Positions 27,836 to 38,486 are shown, counted from the stretch's first letter. The stretch: 64,000 nucleotides of DNA from Candidatus Scatovivens sp. (GCA_051891335.1 JBJFFD010000035.1:13829-77828); one strand, 5' to 3'. Notes: generated by a model not told the origin, from the letters alone. Numbers and translations: made by a program.

Positions 27836-28951
27836 TTATATTTTTTTGTTAAAGTATATTATTATATTATCTACTATTTTTTTGCTAGCAGATCCATCTC
27901 CATATGGATTTGATGCTTTACTCATTTTTTCATATTCTTCTTTGTTGTCTAATAGTAATTTTATATTACTATATATTAATTCTTCATCTGTTCCCACTAG
28001 TTTTAATGTTCCTGCTTCTACTCCTTCTGGTCTTTCTGTTGTATCTCTTAAAACTAATACTGGCTTTCCTAAAGATGGTGCCTCTTCTTGAATTCCTCCA
28101 CTATCTGTTAAAATCAAATATGATTTATTTAAAAAGTTATGAAAATCTAATACATCTAACGGTTCAATTAGTTTTATTTTATCACAATCTTTAAAAATTT
28201 CTTCTGCTATTTCTCTTACTTTTGGGTTCATATGTATAGGATATATTAATTTAATATTTGAATATTCATCAATTATTCGTTTTATTGCTTTAAACATATT
28301 TTTCATTGGTTCGCCAATATTTTCTCTTCTATGTGCTGTTAATAAAATTAATTTATCCTTTCCCACCCAATCAAATATTTCATTTTTGTACTCAAAATTT
28401 ACTGTAGTTTTTAATGCATCTATAGCAGTATTTCCAGTAACAAATATTTTATTTAAATCTTTTCCTTCCTTTACCAAATTTTTTTTACTGAGTTCTGTTG
28501 GAGCAAAATATATATCACACATACAATCTATCATCTGCCTATTCATTTCTTCTGGATATGGAGAATATTTGTTATAAGTTCTTAATCCTGCTTCAACATG
28601 TCCTATAGGAATTTGATTATAAAAGGCTACTAATGCAGATACAAATGCTGTAGAAGTATCTCCATGAACCAAAATAATATCTGGTTTTATATTCTTTACT
28701 ATAGAATCTAATTCAATTAATATTTTATTAGTTATAGTTGTTAATGTTTGATTTCTTTCCATTATATTTAAATCATAGTCTGGTTTTATTTTAAATATTT
28801 TTAATACTACATCCAACATCTCTCTGTGTTGAGCTGTAACACAAACTATACTTTCTGTTTCTTCTCTTTTTTCCAATTCTTTAACTAGTGGAGCCATTTT
28901 TATAGCTTCTGGCCTTGTTCCAAAAATACTTAATACTTTAATTTTTTTCAT
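27836..28951 (-). CDS. mnaA: UDP-N-acetylglucosamine 2-epimerase (non-hydrolysing)
   Basis: 371 aa with FGTRPEAIKMAP, HVEAGLRT and DSGGIQEEAPSLGKPVLVLRDTTERPE motifs. Confidence 0.9.
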   Translation of the reverse strand: MKKIKVLSIFGTRPEAIKMAPLVKELEKREETESIVCVTAQHREMLDVVLKIFKIKPDYDLNIMERNQTLTTITNKILIELDSIVKNIKPDIILVHGDTSTAFVSALVAFYNQIPIGHVEAGLRTYNKYSPYPEEMNRQMIDCMCDIYFAPTELSKKNLVKEGKDLNKIFVTGNTAIDALKTTVNFEYKNEIFDWVGKDKLILLTAHRRENIGEPMKNMFKAIKRIIDEYSNIKLIYPIHMNPKVREIAEEIFKDCDKIKLIEPLDVLDFHNFLNKSYLILTDSGGIQEEAPSLGKPVLVLRDTTERPEGVEAGTLKLVGTDEELIYSNIKLLLDNKEEYEKMSKASNPYGDGSASKKIVDNIIIYFNKKI

Positions 28952-28962
28952 TTTAATACCTC

Positions 28963-30750
28963 TTATTGATTATTTATTATTTTATTTAAATCTTTATTTA
29001 TTTTATTTAAATATGCATTATCTTCGACTATTCTCTTTATTTCCTTATCTTTTTCTATAATTAAATTATCCTTTTCTGTATTTAATTTATTTAATAATAA
29101 ATTATCTTTAACTATTCTATTTATCTCTTCATTTTTCTTATTTATCAAATTGTTCTTTTCTTCAATCTTAACTTTAAAATCATTTATTTTACCTATTTCT
29201 ATTTTATTATTTACTGATTTTAGATGTATATCAAGCATTTCTGAGTCATTAATATATTGTTGAATAGCATTTTCTAAAGTACTAAATATTTTTATATAAT
29301 CAGATATACCATAATGATTACAAATTTGTTCAAATGTTATTTGCTGTTCAACAATATTATTATAAGCGCAAAGATTCTTTATGGCTCTATAAATTATAAA
29401 TTCAATTGGAATATTTTCAATTAACCATTCTTGGTCAAAAATATAGAAATCATCCTCAATTTTAAATGTATTTTCAAAAACTAAATCAAAAAGACCTTCT
29501 TTAACAAAATTAAATGATTCTTTAACATCATCTAATACATTAATTCCAAAAAATTCAAATATATTATTTTCAATATCTATAGATTTAGTCAATTTAGTTT
29601 TTATATTATTATACCAATTATCAATATTACAATAAAATTCTTCAAATTTGTTTTCTTGTAATAATCTTATTAATTCATTATCAAATGTCTTTTTTTCAAT
29701 AAATTTACTTTCAATTTCATTTGAATCATTAATATTTTCTATTGTATTAAATTTTAATAGTTTCAATATTTGTAAATTATTTTTTATATCATTAAAATGT
29801 GATAAATTTTCGGTTGACGTATTTGCTTTTATTACTTTTTCTTTATATATTTTCGTTATTATTTGGTATTTTTCTTTTCTAACAATATTATAAGTTACAA
29901 AAATTGGCTTTTTTTCTTTATTTTTTTGTTTAGAAATTTCTATAAAATAACTATTTGCAAACATATCAAAACATCTATTTTTTATGCCTTCTATTAATAC
30001 TTTTTTTTCTTCTTGCAATATACACTCTTTTTCATCATATAATTTTAAATAATCTAATTTCGTATTATTCTCATCAGGTAAATACTCATCAGAAAAAATA
30101 ACATTTGCATATCTAAAATTAGGAAAAATATAATAAAACTTATATTCTTCACATTGAGCGTTTTTTAAAATGTTTATAATTTCATTTTTACCAAGTAGTC
30201 CTTCTTCCTTAAATATTTGATTAGTTGAAATCTTTTGGGCAGAAAATTTGTTATCTACTATAAGTATTATCTTTCCATTTTCATTTAATTTTCTTTTTAA
30301 CAGTACTATTAAATCTTTTTCAGGTTCCCTGCTATTAAATAAATATTTAGAATATGCTAGATTTCCAAATAATATTATATAATCAAATTTGTTATCAAAT
30401 TCAATTTCATTCAAATTTCCTAAAATTATTTCTAAATTATCAACTTCTTTATATTTTTCATACCAGTATTCTGCTTTAGTTTTGGAAAACTCTATTTTAG
30501 TAACTTTATTAGCTATATTACATAGAGATTTTGTAAATTCTTCCATACCCGAGTTAATTTCTAAAATATTTGATTTTTTTTCAAATGGATACCAACTAAG
30601 TATATTACCTTTTAATTTTTTAGAATAATACAGTTCTTGATAAGATATTTTACTACTTTGCTTATTTTTTTTATAATTATTAATTATTTTTAATTCTTCT
30701 GAATTTGGTAAAATTATATCTTTTTTATAATAGTCAAAATTTAAGTTCAT
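28963..30750 (-). CDS. SAM-methyltransferase-like protein with C-terminal coiled coil (candidate glycan chain terminator)
   Basis: 595 aa. The N-terminal class-I MTase-like region reads ILEINSGMEEF...FDYIILFGNL. The extreme C-terminus is a heptad-rich coiled coil containing a direct 24-aa duplication (NLINKKNEEINRIVKDNLLLNKLN / NLIIEKDKEIKRIVEDNAYLNKIN). Confidence 0.5.
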   Translation of the reverse strand: MNLNFDYYKKDIILPNSEELKIINNYKKNKQSSKISYQELYYSKKLKGNILSWYPFEKKSNILEINSGMEEFTKSLCNIANKVTKIEFSKTKAEYWYEKYKEVDNLEIILGNLNEIEFDNKFDYIILFGNLAYSKYLFNSREPEKDLIVLLKRKLNENGKIILIVDNKFSAQKISTNQIFKEEGLLGKNEIINILKNAQCEEYKFYYIFPNFRYANVIFSDEYLPDENNTKLDYLKLYDEKECILQEEKKVLIEGIKNRCFDMFANSYFIEISKQKNKEKKPIFVTYNIVRKEKYQIITKIYKEKVIKANTSTENLSHFNDIKNNLQILKLLKFNTIENINDSNEIESKFIEKKTFDNELIRLLQENKFEEFYCNIDNWYNNIKTKLTKSIDIENNIFEFFGINVLDDVKESFNFVKEGLFDLVFENTFKIEDDFYIFDQEWLIENIPIEFIIYRAIKNLCAYNNIVEQQITFEQICNHYGISDYIKIFSTLENAIQQYINDSEMLDIHLKSVNNKIEIGKINDFKVKIEEKNNLINKKNEEINRIVKDNLLLNKLNTEKDNLIIEKDKEIKRIVEDNAYLNKINKDLNKIINNQ

Positions 30751-30774
30751 ATTACCTCCTATGTATTTGTATCT

Positions 30775-32091
30775 CTAAGATAAAGTTATAACACTAACTT
30801 TAGAATCTATTGTCGCAATTCCTATACATGGCTTAGATGCAACAACTTCAACAATTATTGCATCATATTTTCTATTTAATATTTCTAGTTCTCCCTTTTC
30901 ATCATAACGAGTACAACTAAAGGATAATGTATACTTTCCTGGAGTTATTCCTAATTTTTGCCTAAACTCTGTAATTATAATATCACCTTTTTTGCATTTT
31001 CCTGTATCAATCTTTTCATACACAGTATTAGTACCACATATATCATTTCCATGAAAGTCCTTTACAGTCATTGTAAAAATAGGGCTGTCTACATCTTGAT
31101 TAAACACAGTTTTTGATTTTAAAATTACTTCTTTTTCATTATCTATATATGACGTATATTCACCATTTAAATCAAATACACCGTAATCAATTACTTCAGC
31201 TTTTCTATTTCCATATTCTATAATTTTATCATTTTGAATAAAATTTTCTTTCCAAGTTTCTTCATCATGTAACATTTTATTTGTTACTTTATTTATATTA
31301 TTTTCTAAATCGTATTCTATATTAATATCAATTTCACTAGTTTCTTCAATTCCAACTATTAATTTCTTATATTTCTCAACTCCATCTTTAGTTGTTCCTT
31401 CAAATATTTTTCTTCCTTTATCTATTATTATTGCTCTTGTACAATTTTTTAATACATCAGTCACACTATGAGTTACAAAAAGAATAGTCTTCCCTTTTTC
31501 TTTGAATTGTTCAAATTTTTTAAAACATTTTAATTGGAAAGCTATATCTCCAACAGATAAAGCTTCATCAACTATTAATATATCTGGATCTACATTTATA
31601 GCACATGCAAAAGCTAATCTTGCAAACATACCAGATGAATACGTTTTTACAGGTTGATATATATGATCTCCAATATCTGCAAACTCTATTATTTCTTTTT
31701 CTTTTAATTTTATTTGTTCATCTGTTAATCCCATTACTTGCCCATGTTGATAAATGTTTTCTATTCCTGTTAAATCCATATTAAAAGCTGCACCTAATTC
31801 CAAAAGTGAACTTATTTTTCCTTTAACTTCAATTGTACCTGATGTTGGAGTTACAACTCCAGTTATCATTTTTAGCAATGTTGATTTTCCTGCACCATTT
31901 TTTCCAAGTATTCCAAGTACTTCTCCCTTTTTAACTTCTAAATTTAAATTATCCATTGCTTTAAATACTTGGTGTCTATTTTTGCTTGGAAAAATAGCTT
32001 CTATTAATCTATCTTTTTTTCTATGAAACATTTTATATTCTTTTACTAGATTTGTTATTTTTATTACAGTTTCTTCTGTGTTATTTTCCAT
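30775..32091 (-). CDS. polysaccharide ABC exporter ATP-binding protein with C-terminal extension (Wzt/TagH-like)
   Basis: 438 aa. It has Walker A GKNGAGKST, the signature YSSGMFARLAFA and Walker B ILIVDEALSVGD. A beta-rich C-terminal domain of about 190 aa sits where Wzt carries its carbohydrate-binding module. Confidence 0.8.
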   Translation of the reverse strand: MENNTEETVIKITNLVKEYKMFHRKKDRLIEAIFPSKNRHQVFKAMDNLNLEVKKGEVLGILGKNGAGKSTLLKMITGVVTPTSGTIEVKGKISSLLELGAAFNMDLTGIENIYQHGQVMGLTDEQIKLKEKEIIEFADIGDHIYQPVKTYSSGMFARLAFACAINVDPDILIVDEALSVGDIAFQLKCFKKFEQFKEKGKTILFVTHSVTDVLKNCTRAIIIDKGRKIFEGTTKDGVEKYKKLIVGIEETSEIDINIEYDLENNINKVTNKMLHDEETWKENFIQNDKIIEYGNRKAEVIDYGVFDLNGEYTSYIDNEKEVILKSKTVFNQDVDSPIFTMTVKDFHGNDICGTNTVYEKIDTGKCKKGDIIITEFRQKLGITPGKYTLSFSCTRYDEKGELEILNRKYDAIIVEVVASKPCIGIATIDSKVSVITLS

Positions 32092-33055
32092 TTTTAGTTC
32101 CTTTCATCTTAAATAAAATTCTCCCTAAAACAGGTATATTTAATATTATAAAATTTTCCCATTTGTATATAAAGTTTTCATATTTATATAATTTAAAAAA
32201 CAAATTCCATTTTTTAAAATTAATGTATTTTTTATTTTCTAACATTTTAAAATATTCTAAAGATTTCTTGTTTAATTTTTTATAGTTTTCACTAAATTTT
32301 TTATTATTTTCTATAAAAATTTCAAAATGCTCTTTTTTTACTTTTATAAATAATTTTCTTATTTCATCAAAATTATTTATTTCATTACTTTTTCTTTTTG
32401 AACCTATACTATTTTTATTATGTTGTCTATATTTAATTGTAGGTTCTTTAAGATATGAAATTTTCCCATTCATACTTACAATTAAAGCCAACCAATAATC
32501 GTGAATTATAAATTCACTCGATTTTGGAAACGGTAATATTTCTTTAATCCATTTTGATTTACAAACAATAGTACATCCAGTTATATAATTATTTAAGTAT
32601 AAGCTTTCAAAATTATTGTATTTATATACTTTATTTTGAAATCCTTTCAATTTCCAATACGAATTTGAAATCTCATTTAAATTTTCGTCAACTACCTTTA
32701 AGTCTGTATAAACTAAATCTGCATCTTCTTCTTTTAATTTATTTATTGAAAGTTTTATTTTATTTTCTTTCCATATATCGTCTTGATCAGCAAACATAAA
32801 AAATTCACTTTTCACTTTACTTAAAAGAAATTCGAAGTTCGAAACAACTCCCAAATTCTTATCTTGTCTGAAAATTTTTATTCTTTTATCTTTATCTTCA
32901 TATTCTTTTAAAATATTCAATGTATTATCTGAAGACGCATCATCTGAAATTATTAAATTAAAATTACTATATGTTTGGCTAATTATACTATCTATTTGTT
33001 TCTTAATATATTTTTCACCGTTATACGTAGCCATTAATATATCTATTTTTTCCAT
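32081..33055 (-). CDS. GT2-family glycosyltransferase
   Basis: 324 aa with IDILMATYNGEKYIKKQIDSIISQTY, SDDASSD and ADQDDIW motifs. It is a paralogue of 17464..18369. Confidence 0.8.
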   Translation of the reverse strand: MEKIDILMATYNGEKYIKKQIDSIISQTYSNFNLIISDDASSDNTLNILKEYEDKDKRIKIFRQDKNLGVVSNFEFLLSKVKSEFFMFADQDDIWKENKIKLSINKLKEEDADLVYTDLKVVDENLNEISNSYWKLKGFQNKVYKYNNFESLYLNNYITGCTIVCKSKWIKEILPFPKSSEFIIHDYWLALIVSMNGKISYLKEPTIKYRQHNKNSIGSKRKSNEINNFDEIRKLFIKVKKEHFEIFIENNKKFSENYKKLNKKSLEYFKMLENKKYINFKKWNLFFKLYKYENFIYKWENFIILNIPVLGRILFKMKGTKNGK

Positions 33056-33067
33056 AAGTTTCCTCTT

Positions 33068-35386
33068 TTATAATACATCCGCAAAATCTTTTTTGCTTTT
33101 CTTAAATACATAATTTCCCCATAAGAACATAAATATTGTTATTATCCAAAATACAATTGTATAAAAACCATTGTATTCTAATATTATATTTTCGCCCATA
33201 AATGCTTGTCTAAAAGCTGTTACTAAATAAGAAAATGGCATACACTGTATTATTTTTAAAATTGTTGGATGTTCTATTAATCTACTGACGCTCCAAACTA
33301 CAGGTGTAGCCCAAAAAAATAATTGCATTAATATTCCTAAAAAATTAGAAAAATCTGGTACTAAAGTTGTTAATGCAGAAGTTAATCTTGTAAATGCTAT
33401 TATAAACGCACATAAAGCAAAAATAACATATAAAATCATCAAAATATTAGGAGTGTATCCAAATATAGTACAAACAACTAATGCTATTATTATTAAAAAT
33501 ATTGATACAAATGAACTTCCTATAAGAGATATTATAGGTATTATATCAATTGGAAATACTACTTTTTTTACCAAATAACTATAATTTCTTATAGAAGAAC
33601 TTGCACTCATTATACTATCATTTAAACATTGCCATATTGCCATTCCTGGTAAAAACCAAACCACATATGGTGATCCTCCATCGCCTTGCATTCCAAATAT
33701 AAATTGAAATACTATAACATACATCATCATAAATACAAATGGTTGCAAAAATCCCCACATTGCTCCTAAACTAGTATTTGCAAATCTATTTCTAAAATCA
33801 TTTTTTCCTAATTGAAATGCTAATTTTCTATTTTTTATTAATGTTTTAAAAAAATTCATACTATCTATTTTTTCCTTTTTATTTTTTTCTTTTTTTAAGC
33901 TATTCATAAATTCAATAATAATTATTATAAATAATGGTATAAAATTCAATAAATATCTTGATCTGTTTTCCCAAATTAATAAAAATATCATAATACCAAA
34001 TATAGCAACTCTTATATATGAATTATTAAATTTGCATTTTAAAATACTCTTAATTGAAGTGATTAACAAACATATAAAAAACGCAAATTGAACTCCTTGA
34101 GCAAAGTATAAATAATAATCATAATTCTTTTGATTAATTCCAAATATTGAATATAAAATATCACTTTTATGTACAGATTCTATATTTATTTTTACAGAAG
34201 AAAAATAGGTACCATCTCCCCAACAATTAACAGCTTTCTTCAGTAAATATTTACTATACCCCAATAAACCATATTTTTCAATTCTGCTTTTAATTTCCTT
34301 AATATTAAAGTTTTTTGCTTGTTCAGCGTTTTCAAATGATAATGTTTTTTTGTAATCTTTTGAATTATATCCACCATAAGAATTTCTTCCAGTATTATCA
34401 GCAGTTGGGTCCTCAATTCCCATCATTATCCAATGTGTAATTGGTATATTTCCATAATTATTATATTTAAATTCAAATTTTGAATTATTTTCTACATAGG
34501 TTGTAAATAAGAAATTAAATGACAAAAATATGACTACAAAAGATAATATCTGTATACAGACATTTTTTATTCTTTTATTTAAAATCATATCTATTACAAT
34601 TGCTATAAAAACTATTATGACTGTCATCTTTATTTTTATTCCAATATAGGTCACTATTGACATAATAATACATATTAATATATTTTTCTTTGTTGTATTA
34701 TTTTCTTTATAAAATGTATATAAATACAATATCATTATTACAAATGGCAGAGATATCGTATCTGAATAAAAAATTGTAGAATACAATAATAATGGCGTAA
34801 AAAACATCGAAAGTATTAATCCAAAATAAGCGCTTTTTTTATTATATACTTTTCTTAAATACAAATATAATATAATTATTGAAACATCAACCATTAGTAC
34901 ATTAAATATTATCAGTGGTAAAGTTATATCTGAAAAATTTAATAAGTATCCAACTTTTGTAATAACAACATATATAATAAACAACAATATATTATTAGGA
35001 AATCGTTGAAAATACCAAGGTTCATATCCTTCTATTGTCCTGTCACCATATAATACAAATGACTTTGCATTACTAAAAATAACACCAAAATCCCATCCAG
35101 GATTGACCCTTAAATATTTCACCACAATAATTTGAAGTCCAACTATAACAAACATAGTTATTGTAACTATTATAATTTCCTTACGTTTTGACCATTGCTT
35201 TGATTTTGAAAGTATTTTTTTAAATATTAAAAGCCATATACCTAAAATAATTATTGCTGATATTATAGAAATTATTGGGTTTACATCGCAATATACTGAG
35301 ATATCAAAGAAAAAAAATCCTATAAATATTATTAAAAAAATTATTGAAAACATTATTTCGAAGAGTCTATATACATTTTTTTTCAT
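33068..35386 (-). CDS. fusion protein: N-terminal GT-C membrane glycosyltransferase (about 509 aa) plus C-terminal ABC-2 polysaccharide exporter permease (263 aa, Wzm/TagG-like)
   Basis: This is a single 772-aa ORF. The C-terminal part starts at an internal Met (ATG 33859): MNFFKTLIKNRKLAFQLGKNDFRNRFANTSLGAMWGFLQP..., the typical Wzm/TagG N-terminus followed by 6 TM helices. The N-terminal part (PGWDFG loop, about 12 TM helices) is a paralogue of 13629..15233. Confidence 0.7.
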   Translation of the reverse strand: MKKNVYRLFEIMFSIIFLIIFIGFFFFDISVYCDVNPIISIISAIIILGIWLLIFKKILSKSKQWSKRKEIIIVTITMFVIVGLQIIVVKYLRVNPGWDFGVIFSNAKSFVLYGDRTIEGYEPWYFQRFPNNILLFIIYVVITKVGYLLNFSDITLPLIIFNVLMVDVSIIILYLYLRKVYNKKSAYFGLILSMFFTPLLLYSTIFYSDTISLPFVIMILYLYTFYKENNTTKKNILICIIMSIVTYIGIKIKMTVIIVFIAIVIDMILNKRIKNVCIQILSFVVIFLSFNFLFTTYVENNSKFEFKYNNYGNIPITHWIMMGIEDPTADNTGRNSYGGYNSKDYKKTLSFENAEQAKNFNIKEIKSRIEKYGLLGYSKYLLKKAVNCWGDGTYFSSVKINIESVHKSDILYSIFGINQKNYDYYLYFAQGVQFAFFICLLITSIKSILKCKFNNSYIRVAIFGIMIFLLIWENRSRYLLNFIPLFIIIIIEFMNSLKKEKNKKEKIDSMNFFKTLIKNRKLAFQLGKNDFRNRFANTSLGAMWGFLQPFVFMMMYVIVFQFIFGMQGDGGSPYVVWFLPGMAIWQCLNDSIMSASSSIRNYSYLVKKVVFPIDIIPIISLIGSSFVSIFLIIIALVVCTIFGYTPNILMILYVIFALCAFIIAFTRLTSALTTLVPDFSNFLGILMQLFFWATPVVWSVSRLIEHPTILKIIQCMPFSYLVTAFRQAFMGENIILEYNGFYTIVFWIITIFMFLWGNYVFKKSKKDFADVL

Positions 35387-36345
35387 TATTTATTTCTCCC
35401 TGAATTATTATATATATTATATGTTTTATCTACTACATATTGTGGTCTTTCTTTACTTTCATCATAAATTCTAGCTATATATTCAGAAATAATCCACAAA
35501 GATAATAATTGAATTCCTGTAAAGAATGTTATTGTAACCATTATTGATGTCCATCCTGCAGTAATATTATTCCATTTAAATACAAATGAAAGTAGTGAAT
35601 AGATTAAGATTAAAAAAGAGATTACTATAGAAAATATTCCTAACCCTCCTACCATTTTTAAAGGTTTTGTTGAAAAACTTATAATTCCATCTGATGCAAG
35701 TTTTAACATCTTTTTTAATGGATACTTAGTTTCCCCAGCAAATCTTTCTTTTCTTTCATATTCAAAAGGAATTTGCTTGTATCCCACCCAACTAAACAGT
35801 CCTCTTAAAAATTTATTATGCTCAGGAAGAGAATTTATTGTATCTACAACTTTTTTATCTACAAGTCTAAAATCTCCTGTATCTTTAGGTATTTCTACAT
35901 CTGAAAGTGCATTTAAAGTTTTATAAAACATTTTTGCTGTAAATAATTTAAAAAATGATTCTCCATCTCTTGATTTTCTTTTTCCATAAATAACGTCATT
36001 TCCATTTTCCCATAATTTTAACATTTCTGGAATTAATTCTGGTGGATCTTGTAAATCAGCATCTATTATTACTATAGCATCTCCTGTAACATATCTTAAT
36101 CCAGCAGTCACTGCTGCTTGATGTCCGAAATTTCTTGAAAATGATAATATTTTCAACTTTTCATCTTTTTGAGCTAATCTTTCTAAAATTTTTAATGTAT
36201 TATCTGTACTACCATCGTTGACACAAATTATCTCATAATCATAATTTTCTAAATTCATTAAAATTTTAGTTAATCTATTATAACATTCTTCTACTACTTT
36301 TTCTTCAAAATACATAGGTACAACTATAGAAACTTTTTTATTCAT
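35386..36345 (-). CDS. GtrB/CsbB-like polyprenyl-phosphate sugar synthase (GT2 with two C-terminal TM helices)
   Basis: Motifs are VSIVVPMYFEE, VNDGSTDNT and IDADLQDPPE, with a C-terminal TM pair. I prefer ATG 36345 (GGAGGA SD) over the ORF-track start at 36366. Confidence 0.75.
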   Translation of the reverse strand: MNKKVSIVVPMYFEEKVVEECYNRLTKILMNLENYDYEIICVNDGSTDNTLKILERLAQKDEKLKILSFSRNFGHQAAVTAGLRYVTGDAIVIIDADLQDPPELIPEMLKLWENGNDVIYGKRKSRDGESFFKLFTAKMFYKTLNALSDVEIPKDTGDFRLVDKKVVDTINSLPEHNKFLRGLFSWVGYKQIPFEYERKERFAGETKYPLKKMLKLASDGIISFSTKPLKMVGGLGIFSIVISFLILIYSLLSFVFKWNNITAGWTSIMVTITFFTGIQLLSLWIISEYIARIYDESKERPQYVVDKTYNIYNNSGRNK

Positions 36346-36408
36346 CTTTTCCTCCATAAATTTCATGTAAAATTATATCATTTAAGTATTATATTTTCAA
36401 CTTTTATC

Positions 36409-37338
36409 TTATTTTTTCTCTTTTATTATATATATTGGTCTTTTCTTAACTTCTAGGTACATTTTTGACATATATTGTCCTATTATTCCTAAAAATAATA
36501 ATTGAACTCCTGATACAAAAACTATTATGCAAGCTAGTGATGGCCATCCCGATGTTGGATCTCCAAAAACTAATGTTTTTATTATTATTATTAAAATAAT
36601 AATTGCTGCTAATATACAAAATATCATTCCTAATACTGATGATAAAACAAGCGGTGTTGTTGAAAATGCAACTATTCCTTCTAATGCATATTTAAATAGT
36701 TTCCAAAATGACCATTTTGTTTCTCCAGCAACTCTTTCTATATTTTCATATTCTATCCATTTAGTTTTAAATCCAACAAAACTAAATAATCCTTTAGAAA
36801 ATCTATTGTACTCTTTCATGTTTGCTACTGAATCTGCCATTTGTTTTGTCATAAATCTATAATCTCTTGCACCGTCTACCATTTCAAAGTCTGTCATTTT
36901 ATCTATTATTTTATAAAATTGTCTTGCAAAAAAACTTCTTATTTTAGGTTCACCTTTTCTTGTAACTCTTCTTGTTGCTGCACAATCATATTCTCCACCT
37001 TTAACTATATCATACATTTTTCTTAACAAAGATGGCGGATCCTGCATATCAGCATCCATCATTACGACATAATCTCCTGTTGCATTATCTAATCCAGCCA
37101 AAATTGCAGCTTCTTTTCCAAAGTTTCTTGAAAATGAAATTAAAACAATTCTTTCATCTTTTTGTTTTAAGTTTTTTATTACTTTCAAAGTATTATCTTT
37201 TGAACCATCATCTACTAAAATTATTTCAAATTCTGATTCTTTAAATTCTTCTTTTGAAATTTTATTTAGTTCTTCATAAAATAATGATAATGCTTTTTCT
37301 TCATTAAAACATGGCACTATTACTGATATTTTATCCAT
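36409..37338 (-). CDS. GtrB/CsbB-like polyprenyl-phosphate sugar synthase (GT2 with two C-terminal TM helices)
   Basis: 309 aa with ISVIVPCFNEE, VDDGSKDNT and MDADMQDPP motifs and a C-terminal TM pair. It is a tandem paralogue of the preceding gene. Confidence 0.75.
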   Translation of the reverse strand: MDKISVIVPCFNEEKALSLFYEELNKISKEEFKESEFEIILVDDGSKDNTLKVIKNLKQKDERIVLISFSRNFGKEAAILAGLDNATGDYVVMMDADMQDPPSLLRKMYDIVKGGEYDCAATRRVTRKGEPKIRSFFARQFYKIIDKMTDFEMVDGARDYRFMTKQMADSVANMKEYNRFSKGLFSFVGFKTKWIEYENIERVAGETKWSFWKLFKYALEGIVAFSTTPLVLSSVLGMIFCILAAIIILIIIIKTLVFGDPTSGWPSLACIIVFVSGVQLLFLGIIGQYMSKMYLEVKKRPIYIIKEKK

Positions 37339-37375
37339 ATTTTTTCCTCTTCTTATTTTAATTATTTTATTTCAT

Positions 37376-37440
37376 GGGCAGACACAATAAGCTTAATTCA
37401 TTAATTCTATTTTCGGGTCGATGTGGAAATCGACTCCTAC
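37376..37440 (+). repeat. GC-rich hairpin repeat family: one half-copy plus one full copy
   Basis: GGGCAGACACA (37376-37386) is followed by GGGTCGATGTGGAAATCGACTCCTAC (37415-37440). This is the same GGG..GA...TC..C-CTAC family as at 7219, 44054 and 54099. Confidence 0.65.
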
Positions 37441-37514
37441 ATATATCTATAATATATTTTAAATTTCTATTCAGCAAATTTAGGACGAATTTTTTATTCG
37501 TCCTCATATTAAAA

Positions 37515-38486
37515 TTATTTCATTAAATACTCTGGATGAGCAATATACCAATCAATAGTTTTTACTATTCCATCTTTAAACATTGTTTTTGGCTCCCATC
37601 CAAACTCATTTTTTAATTTTGTAGGATCTATTGCATATCTATAGTCATGTCCTTTTCTATCTTCAACATGTGAAATTAATGTTTCTGGTTTTCCTAATCT
37701 TTCTAATATTAGTTTAACTATTTCAATATTTCTTTTTTCATTATGTCCACCGATGTTATATCTTTCACCTTTTTTACCTTGATGTAAAATTATATCAATA
37801 GCTTCACAATGATCTTCAACATATAACCAATCTCTTATATTTAAACCTTGTCCATATACTGGTAATGGTTTATCTTGCAATGCTAAAGAAATCATATGTG
37901 GTATTAATTTTTCATGATGTTGATATGGTCCATAATTATTAGAACAGTTTGTTACACTAACATTCATTTTAAATGTTTCACTGTAAGCCAAGGCTATTAA
38001 ATCAGATGATGCTTTTGATGCTGAATATGGACTGTTTGGTTGAATTGGAGAAGTTTCTGTGAAGTATCCGTCTTCTCCTAAACTTCCATAAACTTCATCT
38101 GTTGAAACATGAACAAATTTATTTGAACTTCCTTCTCCCCAAATTTGTTTTGCTGCTTCTAATAAAGTATGTGTTCCTATAACATTAGTTTGAGTAAATA
38201 CAAAAGGTGTTTTTATACTATTATCAACATGAGATTCAGCTGCAAAATGTACTATTGCATCAATATCATATTTTTTCATAGTTTCTTTTACAAAATCAAA
38301 ATCGCAAATATCACCTTGAATAAAGGTAATTTTATCTTTTATATTATCTAAATTATGTATATTACCTGCATAAGTTAATTTATCATATACAATTATATTA
38401 TATTTTCCCTCATATTTTTTTACCATTAATTCTGCAAAATTAGCTCCTATAAATCCTGCAGCTCCTGTTATCATTATATTTTTCAT
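37515..38486 (-). CDS. rfbB: dTDP-glucose 4,6-dehydratase
   Basis: 323 aa with ITGAAGFIGANF, STDEVYG and YSASKASSD motifs. AAGGAGGA SD. Confidence 0.9.
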   Translation of the reverse strand: MKNIMITGAAGFIGANFAELMVKKYEGKYNIIVYDKLTYAGNIHNLDNIKDKITFIQGDICDFDFVKETMKKYDIDAIVHFAAESHVDNSIKTPFVFTQTNVIGTHTLLEAAKQIWGEGSSNKFVHVSTDEVYGSLGEDGYFTETSPIQPNSPYSASKASSDLIALAYSETFKMNVSVTNCSNNYGPYQHHEKLIPHMISLALQDKPLPVYGQGLNIRDWLYVEDHCEAIDIILHQGKKGERYNIGGHNEKRNIEIVKLILERLGKPETLISHVEDRKGHDYRYAIDPTKLKNEFGWEPKTMFKDGIVKTIDWYIAHPEYLMK

